A stretch of DNA of 64,000 nucleotides from an uncultured Gemmatimonadaceae bacterium (GTDB lineage: Bacteria > Gemmatimonadota > Gemmatimonadetes > Gemmatimonadales > Gemmatimonadaceae), in contig CAVVTZ010000011.1 in the NCBI GenBank assembly GCA_963751275.1, positions 192,001 to 256,000 on the forward strand. Direction: 5' to 3'. Position 1 is the first letter of the stretch; each line of letters begins with the position of its first letter. This document shows positions 20,704 to 32,335 of the stretch, piece by piece. The notes beneath the pieces are model-generated. The model was not told the DNA's origin. It saw only the letters and a list, made by a program, of their open reading frames with translations, and made no database searches. Made by a program: the position numbers and the translations under genes.

Positions 20704-21335
20704 ATCCGGCGTTCCCGGTGATCCTCTCCTCGCCTTCGGGCGGCGGCAAGACGACGATCGCGCGCGCGCTGCTGGAGCGGCGTTCGGATGTGGGGTACTC
20801 GGTGAGCGCGACGACGCGCGCGCCGCGGCCCGGTGAAGTGGATGGAGTCGATTATCATTTCCTCTCGCCCGCCGAGTTCGCGGCGCGGCGCGAGGCCGAT
20901 GCGTTCGCGGAGAGTGCGCAGGTGCACGGGATGTGGTACGGCACGCTCCGCGCGGAAGTGACGAGAGTGCTGGCACAGGGCAAGAAGGTGATCATGGACA
21001 TCGACGTGCAGGGCGCGGCGCAGTTCCGCCGCTCCTTCCCGCAGACGGTCATGATCTTCGTGCTCCCCCCGAGCGGCGATGCGTTGCTGGCGCGGCTGCG
21101 GGAGCGGGGAACCGAGAGTGCGGCGAGCCTGCAGCGCCGGTTGAACAGCGCGCTCGCGGAACTGCAGGCGGTGCCGGAATACCAGTATGTCGTCGTCAAC
21201 GATCAGTTGGAGCGGGCGATCGAGAAGGTCTCGGGCATCCTGGATGCCGAGGCGATGCGGCGGGAACGGCTCACCGGATTGGAACGGGACCTGCGCTCGA
21301 TCGTCGAGCGATTGGAGAAGGAAATCAACGCGTAG
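20700..21335 (+). CDS. gmk: Guanylate kinase
   Basis: SPSGGGKT, TTRAPRPGEVDGVDYHF, DIDVQG. Confidence 0.96.
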   Translation: MNPAFPVILSSPSGGGKTTIARALLERRSDVGYSVSATTRAPRPGEVDGVDYHFLSPAEFAARREADAFAESAQVHGMWYGTLRAEVTRVLAQGKKVIMDIDVQGAAQFRRSFPQTVMIFVLPPSGDALLARLRERGTESAASLQRRLNSALAELQAVPEYQYVVVNDQLERAIEKVSGILDAEAMRRERLTGLERDLRSIVERLEKEINA

Positions 21336-21353
21336 CTGGCAAGGAGCTCACCG

Positions 21354-21560
21354 ATGCAAGTGTTCACCCCGATCGAAGTCGCGAAGCGTACGGCCAACAA
21401 ATACCTCGGCGTGCTGGTGGCGGCGAAGTACGCGCGCATCATGAACGAGTTCCCGCGCATGGGCGGCGGCGGGTACGAGAAGAAGCTGACGACGAAGGCG
21501 CTCGAGGCGCTGACCACCGACGAGATCGATTTCCAGGTCCGCACGCGCGTCGAACGCTAG
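21354..21560 (+). CDS. rpoZ: RNA polymerase omega subunit
   Basis: NKY..VLVAAK.AR, KLTTKALE; lies between gmk and coaBC. Confidence 0.85.
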   Translation: MQVFTPIEVAKRTANKYLGVLVAAKYARIMNEFPRMGGGGYEKKLTTKALEALTTDEIDFQVRTRVER

Positions 21561-21572
21561 CGCGCACTGACC

Positions 21573-22775
21573 GTGCGACCCTTCGACGGCCGCCGCATTG
21601 TCCTCGGGATCACCGGGGGGATCGCCAGCTATAAGTCGGGCTGGCTGGCGCGGCTGCTCGTGCAGGCGGGCGCGGAGTTGCACGTGGTGATGACCCGCGG
21701 CGCGCGGGAGTTCGTCGCGCCGGCCACCTTCGAAGCGATCAGCGGCCACCCGGTGCAATCGGACATCTTCGCGCCCGGGCACGCGCTCGATCACATCCAT
21801 ATCGCGCGCGCGGCCGACGCGGTCGTGGTCGCCCCGTGCACCGCCGACTTCCTCGCGCGCGCGACGCAAGGGCGCGCCGACGATCTGCTCGCCGCGATCC
21901 TGCTCGCCACGCGCGCGCCGGTGCTGCTGGTGCCGGCGATGAACGATCGCATGTGGTCGCATCGCGCCACCGTGCGCAACGCGGCCACCGCGGCGGGATT
22001 CGGTTATCACGTGATGGAGCCCGCGACCGGGCCGCTCGCCGAAGGCGACGCGGAAGGGCCGGGGCGGATGCCGGAGCCCGAGGCGATCTTCGCACACCTC
22101 GGCCGCGTCCTCGAGAAGCCGACGCTCGCCGGGAGACGCGTGCTCGTGACCGCGGGCCCGACGCGCGAGCCGGTGGACGCGGTGCGCTTCCTCTCGAACC
22201 GCTCGAGCGGCCGCATGGGCGTCGCGGTCGCGGCAGCGGCCTGGCGGCGCGGCGCGGATGTGACGCTCGTCGCGGGCCCACTCGCGGTCGAGGCGCCCGC
22301 GGGCACGCGCGTGATCCGCGTGGAGAGCACCGAGGAGATGGCGCGCGCCGTGGCGGCCGAGCTGCCGGAGGCGCATGCGCTCGTGATGGCCGCGGCGCCG
22401 GCGGATTTCCGCGCCGCCGCTCCGGCGAGCAACAAGATCAAGAAGAGCGCCAAGCCCGACGCGGTGGCCCTCGCGCCGACGGTGGACATCCTCGCCGAGA
22501 CGCGCGCGCTCCGGAGGAAAGGCGCCGTGATCGTCGGCTTCGCGCTCGAGACCGACGACCTCGCGAAGAACGCGCGCGCGAAGCTCGAAGCGAAAGGGCT
22601 CGACCTCATCGTGGTGAACGACGCGAAGGAGCCGGGCGCCGGCTTCGAGGTGGAAACGAATCGGGTGACGCTCATTGCGAAGGACGGCCGTTCGGAGCCG
22701 CTCGCGCTGATGACGAAGACCGCGCTCGCCGAAGTCCTCCTCGACCGCGTCGAGGCGCTGCTCGGTGCGCGCTGA
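21573..22775 (+). CDS. coaBC: Phosphopantothenoylcysteine decarboxylase/ligase
   Basis: GGIASYK, PAMN, TAGPTREPVDAVRFLSNRSSGRMG, GFALET. Confidence 0.96.
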   Translation: MRPFDGRRIVLGITGGIASYKSGWLARLLVQAGAELHVVMTRGAREFVAPATFEAISGHPVQSDIFAPGHALDHIHIARAADAVVVAPCTADFLARATQGRADDLLAAILLATRAPVLLVPAMNDRMWSHRATVRNAATAAGFGYHVMEPATGPLAEGDAEGPGRMPEPEAIFAHLGRVLEKPTLAGRRVLVTAGPTREPVDAVRFLSNRSSGRMGVAVAAAAWRRGADVTLVAGPLAVEAPAGTRVIRVESTEEMARAVAAELPEAHALVMAAAPADFRAAAPASNKIKKSAKPDAVALAPTVDILAETRALRRKGAVIVGFALETDDLAKNARAKLEAKGLDLIVVNDAKEPGAGFEVETNRVTLIAKDGRSEPLALMTKTALAEVLLDRVEALLGAR

Positions 22776-23661
22776 GGAGCTGCTCCGCCGCTATCTCGAA
22801 CAGCGCCGCGACATGGGCGAGCGCGAGCTGGTGCTGGACGATCTCACGGTGGAAGAAGTGATGAAGCTCATCGGCGCGAAGAGCGGCGCGAGCGCGGAGG
22901 CGAAGAGCGCGCCGCCCCCCGCCGGCGACTGGCGGGAGACGCTGAAGGCCGCGGGCGCCGCGTCCGAACCGGCTCCGGTCGCTCGCAGAGATTTTCCCAC
23001 GCACGCGGCGTCCGCGTCGTCCGCGCCTGCGGTTCCGATGGGCCCCGGTCTCACCGTGGGAGGCAGCGACCGTGAGCTCTTCGCCGGCGCCGTCGGCAAC
23101 GCCACGACGATCGACGAGGTGAACGCGCTCGTGCGCGCGTGCACCGCGTGCGATCTGCACCGGACCGCGAAGAACGCGGTGCCCGGCGATGGCTCGCCGC
23201 GTGCGCGCCTCATGTGCATCGGCGAAGGACCCGGCGCGAATGAAGATGAAACGGGATTGCCCTTCGTCGGCCAGGCCGGCCAGCTGCTCACCAAGATCCT
23301 CGCCGCCATCGATCTCAAGCGCGAGGACGTGTACATCGCCAACGTTGTCAAGCACCGCCCGCCCGGCAATCGCGTGCCGCTGCCGGCGGAGGTTCAAGCG
23401 TGTCTTCCCTATTTGGTGCGCCAGGTAGAGATTATCCGCCCCGCCGTGATTCTGGCGTTGGGGCTCTCCGCCGCGCAGGCGCTGCTCGAAACGACGGAAG
23501 CCCTTGGCAAGCTGCGGGGACGGGAGCATCACTATCACGGTATTCCCGTGATCGTCACCTATCACCCGGCAGCGCTTCTCAGGAATCCCGCCTGGAAGCG
23601 GCCTACGTGGGAAGATGTCCAGCTCGCCCGTCGAATTCTCGATCGCCCCACCGGCGCCTGA
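22765..23661 (+). CDS. Uracil-DNA glycosylase family 4 with N-terminal extension
   Basis: CTAC, GEGPG, PFVG, RPPGNR, YHPAALLR. Confidence 0.92.
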   Translation: MRAEELLRRYLEQRRDMGERELVLDDLTVEEVMKLIGAKSGASAEAKSAPPPAGDWRETLKAAGAASEPAPVARRDFPTHAASASSAPAVPMGPGLTVGGSDRELFAGAVGNATTIDEVNALVRACTACDLHRTAKNAVPGDGSPRARLMCIGEGPGANEDETGLPFVGQAGQLLTKILAAIDLKREDVYIANVVKHRPPGNRVPLPAEVQACLPYLVRQVEIIRPAVILALGLSAAQALLETTEALGKLRGREHHYHGIPVIVTYHPAALLRNPAWKRPTWEDVQLARRILDRPTGA

Positions 23662-25025
23662 TGCCTTCCGCGACCGCCGGCCTCCGTATTCCGAAGAGGC
23701 CGAGACGGCGGTGATCGCCGCGATGCTCATGGACCAGGACGCGATCCTGCGCGCCATCGAGCATGTGGACGACACGATGTTCTACCGCGAGGGCCACCGC
23801 CGGATCTTCCGCGCGATGGCGTCGATCGCCGAGCGCGGCGACGTGGTGGATCCGCTCACGCTCATGGAGGAGCTCTCGCGCCATGGCGAGCTCGAGGGCG
23901 CGGGCGGCAAGGACTACATCGGCTTCCTGCTCGACGCGGTCCCCACGAGCGCGAACGTGGAGTACCACGCGCGCATCGTGAAGGAGAAGGCGCTCCAGCG
24001 CCGCCTGATCGAGACGTGCACCGCGCTCATCGGCGAAGCGTACGCCGGCACGTCCACCGCCGCGGAGCTGCTCGACGAAGCGGAGCACCGCGTCTTCCAG
24101 GTGAGCCAGCAGCGCGGCACGCAGGGCTTCATGCGCGTGAAGGAACTGATGTGGCCCACGATGGAGCGCATCGAGGCGCTGCAGCGCGGCGGCAAGACGA
24201 TCACCGGCGTCGCCCACCGGCTTCACCGATCTCGACGAGCTCACGTCCGGCTTCCAGAACTCCGATCTCGTGATCGTCGCGGCGCGCCCGTCCATGGGCA
24301 AGACGGCGTTCGTGCTGAACGTCGCGCAATACGCTGCGATCGAGAAGAATATTCCGGTGGCGGTCTTTTCCCTGGAAATGAGTAAAGAAGCACTCGTGCA
24401 GCGCATGCTCACCGCGGAAGCCCGCGTCGATGCGCAGAAGCTCCGCAAGGGACTCCTGCGCGATGACGACTTCCCGCGCATGGCGCGCGCGGCCGGCGTG
24501 CTCTCGAGCGCGCCGATCTGGATCGATGACTCGGCCGCCATCACGCTCCTCGAGATCCGCTCGAAGGCGCGGCGGCTCAAGGTGGACGCCAACATCGGAC
24601 TCGTCGTCGTGGACTATCTGCAGCTCATCCAGGGACCGCCCAGCTCGGAGAACCGCCAGCAGGAGATCAGCCAGATCTCCCGCTCGCTCAAGGCGCTCGC
24701 GAAGGAATTGGACGTGCCGGTCGTCGCGCTCTCGCAGCTCTCGCGCGCGCCGGAACAGCGCACCGCCGAGCACAAGCGGCCGCAGCTCTCCGACCTCCGC
24801 GAGTCGGGCGCGATCGAGCAGGACGCCGACCTCGTCATGTTCATCTACCGCCCCGAGATGTACGAAGGGCCCGACGCCACCGACAAGGATGGCAACGCGG
24901 TCGCGGGGCGCGCCGAGATCATCATCGGCAAGCAGCGCAACGGGCCGATCGGCACCGCGCATCTCTTCTTCCACAAGGCGTACACGCGGTTCGAGAACTA
25001 CACCGCGCGCTCGCAGGGCGCGTGA
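23615..25025 (+). CDS. dnaB: Replicative DNA helicase (apparent frameshift near 24211)
   Basis: [46 protein letters not shown]. Confidence 0.96.
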
Positions 25026-26418
25026 GCCCCAAGACCAAAACGGTCTATCGCTGCACCGAGTGCGGCGCCGATCATCCGAAGTGGGCGGGGCGCTGCGACG
25101 CGTGCGGCGAATGGAATACGCTCGTCGAGGAAATGCTCACGGCCCCCGCGGCCACGAGCGCCGCGCGGCGCCGCGCCGGATCATCGCAGTCTCGGTGAAG
25201 GCGGGTCCGTCGCGAAGACGCAGCGCGTGGGCGCGGTGCAGGGTTCCGAATCGCGGCGGTGGAAGACCGGCATCAACGAATTCGATTTCGTGCTCGGCGG
25301 CGGGATCGTGCCGGGTTCGATGGTGCTCGTAGGCGGCGAGCCCGGCATCGGCAAGTCCACGCTGCTGCTCCAGGTGGCCGCGCGCCTGCAGCAGGCGGGC
25401 CACACCACGCTCTACGTGAGCGGCGAGGAATCGCCGCTGCAGGTGAAGCTGCGCGCCGACCGGCTCGCCGAGAAGGCGGACGATGTCGAGCTGCTGAGCG
25501 AGACGCAGCTGGAGACGATCCTCGCGACCGGCGCCGCGATGGAGCCGCGCGTGCTCTTCGTCGATTCCATCCAGACTGTGTTCACCGGCGATCTCGAGGG
25601 CGCGCCGGGGAACGTCGGGCAGGTGCGCGAGTGCGCGGCGCGGCTCATGCGCTTCGCGAAGGACTCGCGGCACGGCGGTGTTCGTGGTGGGCCACGTCAC
25701 GAAGGGCGGCGGCATCGCGGGCCCGAAGACGCTCGAGCACATCGTGGACACCGTGCTCTACTTCGAGGGCGAGGGCACGCTCGACCAGCGCGTGCTGCGC
25801 GCCACCAAGAATCGGTTCGGCGGCGTGGACGAGATCGGCGTCTTCCGCGATGACCGCGGGCGGGCTCATCGCGGTGGAGAATCCCTCGGCGCTCTTCCTC
25901 TCGGACCGCGCATCGACCGCGAGCGGCAGCGCGGTCACCGCGCTCATGGAGGGCACGCGCCCGCTTGCTCGTGGAAGTGCAGGCGCTCGCCGCGAAGGCG
26001 GGGTTCGGCACGCCGCAGCGCGTGGCCACCGGATTCGACTCGCGCAAGCTCGCGCTGCTGCTCGCGGTGCTCGACAAGCGCGCCGGACTCTCCTTCGCGC
26101 AGCTCGACGTGTTCGTGAACGTCGTGGGCGGACGTGCGCGTGCAGGAGCCGGCGGGCGATCTGGCCGTCGCGGCCGCGCTCGCCTCGAGCGTGTACGACC
26201 GCGCGCTGCCGCACGACGCGGTGTTCCTCGGCGAGGTCGGACTCGGCGGCGAGGTGCGCCCGGTGTCGCAGGCCGAGCGGCGCATCGCGGAGGCCGCGAA
26301 GATGGGCATGCGCACCGTGTACGTCGGCGCGCGCGCTGTGCCCAAGCGCGCGGCGGCCGGCGTGAAGCTCGTCGGCGTCAAGACCGTGGCGGACCTCTTC
26401 GCTGCGCTCTTCCCGTGA
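25022..26418 (+). CDS. radA: DNA repair protein RadA/Sms (apparent frameshifts)
   Basis: [12 protein letters not shown] zinc finger, [24 protein letters not shown]. Confidence 0.95.
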
Positions 26419-27118
26419 GCGCCACGCCGGTGCGGGACGTTGGCGTGGTGATCGTGGCCGCGGGCAAGGGCACGCGCACCGGCAGCGCGGAAGCTCAAGC
26501 AGTTCCGCTGGGTGGCGGGGAAGCCGATGCTCCTCCATTCGCTGCAGACGTTCATGGCGCGAAGCGATGTGGCGATGGTCGTGTGCGTGCTGCCGCGCGA
26601 CTACTGCGCCGATCCGCCGCCGTGGATCTTCCAGTGCGACATCGACCGGCTGCTGCTCGCCGCCGGCGGACGCGAGCGCGGCGACTCGGTGCTCGACGGG
26701 CCTCGAGGACATGCCGCCCGAGGTGAAGATCGTGCTGGTGCACGACGCCGCGCGCCCCTTCGTGGACGCACGCGATGATCGTCGCGCGTGATCGACGCGG
26801 CGCGCGCGGGCGAGGGCGCCGTGCCCGCGCTGCCGGTCCCCGACACCGTCAAGCGAGTGGATGAGTCCGGGCTCGATCGCCGAGACGATCGAGCGCGATC
26901 GAGCTCTGGCGCGCGCAGACCCCGCAGGCCTTCCCGCGCGACATGATCGAGCGCGCGTACCGTGAAGCGCGGAGCGTGAACGCGCACGCCACCGACGACG
27001 CCGCGCTCTGCGAGCGGCTCGGGCTGCCGGTGCGGGTCGTGCGCTGGCAGCGCGCGCGCGTTCAAGATCACCGACGAACGCCGACTTCGCGCGGGCCGAC
27101 GCGCTGCCGCTCGCATGA
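26415..27118 (+). CDS. ispD: 2-C-methyl-D-erythritol 4-phosphate cytidylyltransferase (apparent frameshifts)
   Basis: AAGKGTR, VLVHDAARPF, DTVK, QTPQAF, TDDAAL, FKIT. Confidence 0.9.
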
Positions 27119-27790
27119 CCAGCGCCGCACCGCCGTCCCGTTCTGGTCGCCGGCCGAGATCGAGGCGAGCGATCCCCGGCACGCGTCGCGCATCTCGCGG
27201 CGCGCCGCGTGCTCGCCTACCCGACCGAAACGGTGTACGGCTTCGGCGGCGCGATCGATGAACCCGTCGGTCGAGCGCCTCGTCGCGCTGAAGCAGCGCG
27301 AGCCCGGCAAACCGTTCCTGATCCTCGTGGCGTCGCAGCGAGATGGTCGCGCGCCTCGGATCTCCAGCTGGCCGGCGACGCCGCGCAGCTCGCTGCCCGC
27401 CTCTGGCCCGGCCCGCTCACGCTCGTGCTCCCCGGCGGCGAACGGCGCGTGCCCGCGCGCCTGCGCGGCCCCGAGGGCGGCATCGCCGTGCGCTGGACGT
27501 CGCATCCCGGCATCGCGCGGCTGCTCGTGGCGCTATGGCGAGCCGATCACCTCCACGAGCGCGAACCGCCCCGGCAGCCCGCCCGCGATGAGCGCCGGCG
27601 AGGTGTGCGACCGTGGGCCGCCGCGGTGATCGGCGGAGCGCTCCGCGTGCTCGACGGCGGCCGCCTTCAGCCGTCGGCGCCGTCGACGGTCGTAGATTGC
27701 ACGGGTAAGCGCCTGCGCGTGGTCCGGCCGGGCGCGATCCCGTCCGCCACGTTGCGCGCGAGCGTGCCCGACCTGATCGGAGACCAGTGA
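27115..27790 (+). CDS. tsaC: L-threonylcarbamoyladenylate synthase (TsaC/Sua5; apparent frameshifts)
   Basis: YPTETVYG, LKQR..KP, WPGPLT, STSAN, PSTVVD. Confidence 0.9.
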
Positions 27791-28268
27791 GCCGCATGCG
27801 CGTGCTCTTCGTCTGCACCGGCAACACCTGCCGCAGCGCGATGGCCGAGGCGATCGCGCGCCGGCTCGCGCCGGAGCAGGGGCTCAACGACCTGGACATC
27901 GGCTCCGCCGGCACCGCGGCCTGGGACGGCGCGCCCGCGTCCGATGGCGCGCTGCTCGTCAGCCTCGAGAACGACATCGATCTGTCGGGGCACCACGCGC
28001 GCCAGCTCACGCGCGATCTGGTCGACCGATCGGATCTGATCCTGGCGATGGGCCCGCATCACCTCGAGCGCATCGAGGCGCTCGGCGCGCGCGGGAAGAC
28101 GCATCTGCTCACGTCGTTCAGCTCGCGCGGCACCGACCGACCGCCCCATCGGCGACCCCTTCGGCGGCGAGCTCAGCCTGTATCGCGAGACCTTCGACGA
28201 GCTCGTGCGCGAGATCCGGCGCGCGTTCGCGCGCCTCGCCGGCCGAGCGCACGCCGGGACTCTCCTGA
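27787..28268 (+). CDS. Low-molecular-weight phosphatase, YwlE-type protein arginine phosphatase (apparent frameshift)
   Basis: VCTGNTCRS P-loop, SAGT, DLILAM, DPFGG. Confidence 0.85.
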
Positions 28269-29093
28269 TGCGCCGACCGAGCCGGCTGGTCCTGCTCGGC
28301 CACCCCGTGGATCATTCGTTGTCGCCGGCGTTCCAGAACGCGGCGCTCCGGCGCGCGGGGATCCCGCTCACGTACGGGACGCTCGACGTGCTCGCGCCCG
28401 ATCTCGCCGGCACCGTGCGGCTCCTCGCGGAGGACCGCGCCGCGGGGAACGTGACGATCCCGCACAAGGAAGCGATGGCCGCGCTGTGCGACGTGCTCAC
28501 GCCGCTCGCGGAGCGTGTGGGGGCGGTGAACACATTCTGGGTGGATGACGCCGGACAATTGCACGGGCACAACACCGACGTCGGCGGTGTGACCGCGTTG
28601 CTCGACCAGCTGCTCGGCGCGCCGCCGTCGGGGCGCATCGCGTTGCTCGGCGCCGGCGGCGCGGCGGCGGCGGTGCTCGCGGCGCTCGATGACCGGCCGG
28701 CCTGCGCGGTGACGCTGTACAACCGGAGCCCCGTTCGGTCCGCGAAGCTCGCCGAGCGCTTCCCGGTGGTGACGCGCACCACGGAGTCGCCGGAGGATGC
28801 GGTGCACGACGCGACGCTCGTGATCAACGCGTCGCCGGCGGGACTGGAGGATGACGAGCATGCCGGTGGCGATCGAGGCGCTGCCCTTCGACACCGCCAT
28901 CGCCGACCTCGTGTATCGGCGGGGCGAGACGCCGTGGGTGCGCGCCGCGCGCGCATGCGGGCACCGCGCGGTCGATGGGCTGCCGATGCTCATCGAGCAG
29001 GGTGCGCTCGCGTTCGAGTCGTGGTTCGGTACCCCCGCGCCGCGCGACGCGATGTGGGATGCCGTGACCATGGAGGCCACCAATGCGCACTGA
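28268..29093 (+). CDS. aroE: Shikimate dehydrogenase (apparent frameshift near 28858)
   Basis: HSLSP, NVTIPHK, GAVNT, NTD, GAGGAA, DLVY, GLPMLIEQG. Confidence 0.92.
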
Positions 29094-29832
29094 GTGGGCG
29101 CCCGCGGCGGCGCGCGGCTGGCTGGACTTCCTGCTGCCGCGCGCCTGCGTCGTGTGCGCGCGCCTCGTGGATCCCGCCGACAAGCGACTCGCGTGCGCGC
29201 ACTGCTGGACGAAGGTGCGGCGGCTGTCCGCGCCACGGTGCGAGCGCTGCGGACATCCCGGCACACGCAATGCGTGCGCCTGGTGCGCGTCGCTGCCGCC
29301 GTTCGTGCGCGCCGCGCGCTCGGTGTGCTGGATCCCCGGCGGCACCGGCGGCGCGATCGTCCACGCCTTGAAGTACGGCGGGTGGCGTGCGACCGCGACG
29401 GAGATGGCCGCGGCGATGGCACGGCTCTCGTGGCCGGCCGACGTCGGCGCCGAGCGGAGCGCGCTGGTGCCCGTGCCGCTCGCCGCCGACCGCGAGCGGG
29501 AGCGCGGCTACAACCAGAGCGCGCTGCTCGCGCGCGCGCTCGCGCCGCACTGGAACGTGCCGGTGTGGGAGGATCTCCTACAGCGGACGCGCGCGACCGG
29601 CACGCAAACCCGATTGACACCGGAGGAGCGCCGCCGCAACGTTTCCGGCGCGTTCGCCGCGCGCGCGAACGCCGCTCCGCGTCTTCGCGGCGCGCACGTC
29701 GTGCTCGTGGACGACATCATCACGACCGGTGCGACCCTCGCCGCGTGCGCCGACGCGCTCTTCGCGGGCGGCGCGCGCATCATTAGTCTTGTCACCTTCG
29801 GACGCGCGCCGGCCATCGGCGACCGCGTCTGA
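29083..29832 (+). CDS. comF: ComF family zinc-ribbon/phosphoribosyltransferase protein
   Basis: Four CxxC, LKY, RGYNQS, LVDDIITTGAT. Confidence 0.9.
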   Translation: MRTEWAPAAARGWLDFLLPRACVVCARLVDPADKRLACAHCWTKVRRLSAPRCERCGHPGTRNACAWCASLPPFVRAARSVCWIPGGTGGAIVHALKYGGWRATATEMAAAMARLSWPADVGAERSALVPVPLAADRERERGYNQSALLARALAPHWNVPVWEDLLQRTRATGTQTRLTPEERRRNVSGAFAARANAAPRLRGAHVVLVDDIITTGATLAACADALFAGGARIISLVTFGRAPAIGDRV

Positions 29833-29853
29833 CCCTCAGGAGCGATCAACGCG

Positions 29854-30867
29854 ATGACGATCAAGGTCGGGATCAACGGATTCGGCCGCATCGGCCGGCA
29901 GGTGGTGCGCGCGGCCAAGGAGCAGGGCGTCGCCGATCTCGATTTCGTCGCAGTCAACGATCTCACCGACACGAAGACGCTCGCCCATCTCTTCAAGTAC
30001 GATTCGGTGCACGGCATCTTCGACGGCGACGTGACCGGCGGCGCCGGGAGCCTCACCATCGACGGCGACGAGATGGAGGTCCTCTCGCACAAGGATCCCG
30101 CGCTCCTGCCGTGGAAGAAGCTGGGCGTGGACCTCGTCCTGGAATCCACCGGCCGGTTCACGAACGCCGACGACGCGCGCAAGCACATCGCCGCCGGCGC
30201 CAAGCACGTGATCATCTCCGCGCCGGCCAAGGGCGAGGACATCACCGTCGTCATGGGCGTCAACCACGACAAGTACGACGCGGCCAAGCACACGATCATC
30301 TCGAACGCGACCTGCACCACGAACTGCCTCGTGCCGATGGTGAAGGTCGTTCGGGACAGCTTCGGCTTCAAGCACGCGTCGATGACCACGATCCATAGTT
30401 ACACGAACGACCAGTCGATCCTCGACCTGCCGCACAAGGACCTGCGGCGCGCCCGCGCGGCCGCCATCTCGATGATCCCCACCACCACCGGTGCCGCGAA
30501 GGCCACGGCGCTCGTCATACCGGAGGTGAAGGGGAAGATCGATGGCATCGCCGTTCGCGTGCCGACCCCCGATGTCTCCTTCACCGATCTCGTCGTGGAA
30601 GTCGAGCGCGCGACCACCGTGGATGCGGTGAACGCCGCGTTCAAGAAGGCCGCCCAGGAAGGGCCGCTCATCGGCATCCTCGACTATACGGAAGAGGAAC
30701 TCGTGTCCGTGGACTTCATCGGCAATCCGTTCTCCTGCATCGTCGACGCCAAGAGCACGGCCGTGATCGACGGCACGCTCGTGAAGGTGTCGGGCTGGTA
30801 CGACAACGAGTGGGGCTACTCCTGCCGCTGCGTGGACCTCCTCCGGTACATCGGCGCGCGGCAGTGA
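29854..30867 (+). CDS. gap: Glyceraldehyde-3-phosphate dehydrogenase type I
   Basis: [23 protein letters not shown]. Confidence 0.98.
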   Translation: MTIKVGINGFGRIGRQVVRAAKEQGVADLDFVAVNDLTDTKTLAHLFKYDSVHGIFDGDVTGGAGSLTIDGDEMEVLSHKDPALLPWKKLGVDLVLESTGRFTNADDARKHIAAGAKHVIISAPAKGEDITVVMGVNHDKYDAAKHTIISNATCTTNCLVPMVKVVRDSFGFKHASMTTIHSYTNDQSILDLPHKDLRRARAAAISMIPTTTGAAKATALVIPEVKGKIDGIAVRVPTPDVSFTDLVVEVERATTVDAVNAAFKKAAQEGPLIGILDYTEEELVSVDFIGNPFSCIVDAKSTAVIDGTLVKVSGWYDNEWGYSCRCVDLLRYIGARQ

Positions 30868-31136
30868 GCCGGGCGCCGAACGCGGTCGACCGGCGGCGCG
30901 ACCGGATCGCACTCGGCTTCCTCGCCGGCGGCGCGTTCCTGTACGGCGCGGCGTTCCTCGGCATGCACACGCTGGCCGTGGTGCCGATCGTGCCCGTGCC
31001 CGGCCATCCAGCCGTCGCGCGCTTCACCCGGCTCTGGCTGATGTCCCTGGCCGGCCTCGCGCTCATCGGAGTCGGCGGCATCGCCATGGCGTGGTCCTTC
31101 GGGCGCTTCCACGCGCGGCGGCACGAGGCGCCCTGA
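30864..31136 (+). CDS. Small two-TM membrane protein of unknown function
   Basis: GTGA overlap with gap and TGATG overlap with pgk; two hydrophobic helices. Confidence 0.65.
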   Translation: MSRAPNAVDRRRDRIALGFLAGGAFLYGAAFLGMHTLAVVPIVPVPGHPAVARFTRLWLMSLAGLALIGVGGIAMAWSFGRFHARRHEAP

Positions 31137-32335
31137 TGGCGAAGCGCACCATCACGGATCTTCCGCACGCCACACTGCGCGGCCAACGCGCGCTGGTGCG
31201 CGTCGACTTCAACGTCCCAATGGAAGGGGAGCAGGTTTCCGACGACACGCGGATCCGCGCCGCGCTCCCCACGATCGAATCGCTCGCGAACGCCGGCGCG
31301 CGCGTGGTGCTGCTCTCGCATCTCGGCCGCCCCAAGGGGAAGCCGGAGGCGAAGTACTCGCTCGCGCCCGTCGCGAAGCAGCTCGCGACGCTCACCACGC
31401 GCACGGTGCGTTTCGTCCCCTCCACCGTGGACGATGCAGCGGTCGCTGCGTCGAAGGCGCTCGCGAACGGGGAGATCCTGCTGCTCGAGAATACGCGATT
31501 CCTTGCCGGTGAGGAGAAGAACGAGGAGGCGCTCTCGCGGCAGCTCGCGATGCTCGGTGACGTGTACGTGAACGACGCCTTCGGCTCGGCGCACCGCGCC
31601 CACGCGTCCACCGAGGGCGTCGCGCATTTCGTGAAACCGGCCGTGGCCGGATTGCTCATGGAGCGCGAGCTCGCCTACCTCGGCGATGCGCTCGCGACCC
31701 CCAAGCGCCCATTCATCGCGGTGCTCGGCGGCGCGAAGATCTCCGGCAAGATCGATGTGATCGCCGCGCTGCTGCCCAAGGTGGATCGCCTCATCATCGG
31801 CGGCGCGATGGCGTGCACCTTCTTCAAGGCGATGGGACTCGAGACGGGGAAATCGCTCGTCGAGGCCGACCGCGTGCCGATGGCCAAGGAGCTGCTCGCG
31901 AAGTCCGGAGCGAAGCTGCTGCTCCCCGACGACGCGCTCGTCGCGCCCGCGCTCGGTCAGCCCGCGAAGGCGCACGCGGTGGCGCGCGACGCGATCCCGG
32001 CCGCCGAAGCGATGTTCGATGTGGGCCCGCGATCCGCGGACCGGTTCGCGCGCGAGATCGCCGGCGCGAAGACGGTGGTGTGGAACGGCCCGATGGGCGT
32101 GTTCGAGACGCCGCCCTTCGACGCCGGCACGCGCGCCGTGGCCGACGCGATGGCGCGCGCCACCGGCGCGGGGGCGACCACGATCGTCGGCGGCGGTGAC
32201 TCCGCCGCGGCGGTGGAACAGATGGGGCTCGCGAGCCGGATGAGCCACGTGTCCACCGGCGGCGGCGCGTCGCTCGAATTCCTCGAGGGGAAAGTGCTCC
32301 CCGGGGTCGCGGCCCTCGACGAGCGCGCCGCATGA
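31136..32335 (+). CDS. pgk: Phosphoglycerate kinase
   Basis: RVDFNVP, SHLGRP, NDAFGSAHR, GGAK, WNGPMG, STGGGA. Confidence 0.98.
   Translation: MAKRTITDLPHATLRGQRALVRVDFNVPMEGEQVSDDTRIRAALPTIESLANAGARVVLLSHLGRPKGKPEAKYSLAPVAKQLATLTTRTVRFVPSTVDDAAVAASKALANGEILLLENTRFLAGEEKNEEALSRQLAMLGDVYVNDAFGSAHRAHASTEGVAHFVKPAVAGLLMERELAYLGDALATPKRPFIAVLGGAKISGKIDVIAALLPKVDRLIIGGAMACTFFKAMGLETGKSLVEADRVPMAKELLAKSGAKLLLPDDALVAPALGQPAKAHAVARDAIPAAEAMFDVGPRSADRFAREIAGAKTVVWNGPMGVFETPPFDAGTRAVADAMARATGAGATTIVGGGDSAAAVEQMGLASRMSHVSTGGGASLEFLEGKVLPGVAALDERAA

Noticed and set aside
24200..24230. Programmed frameshift or intein in dnaB
   Set aside because: No slippery heptamer and normal total length; removing one extra base restores GVPTGF.
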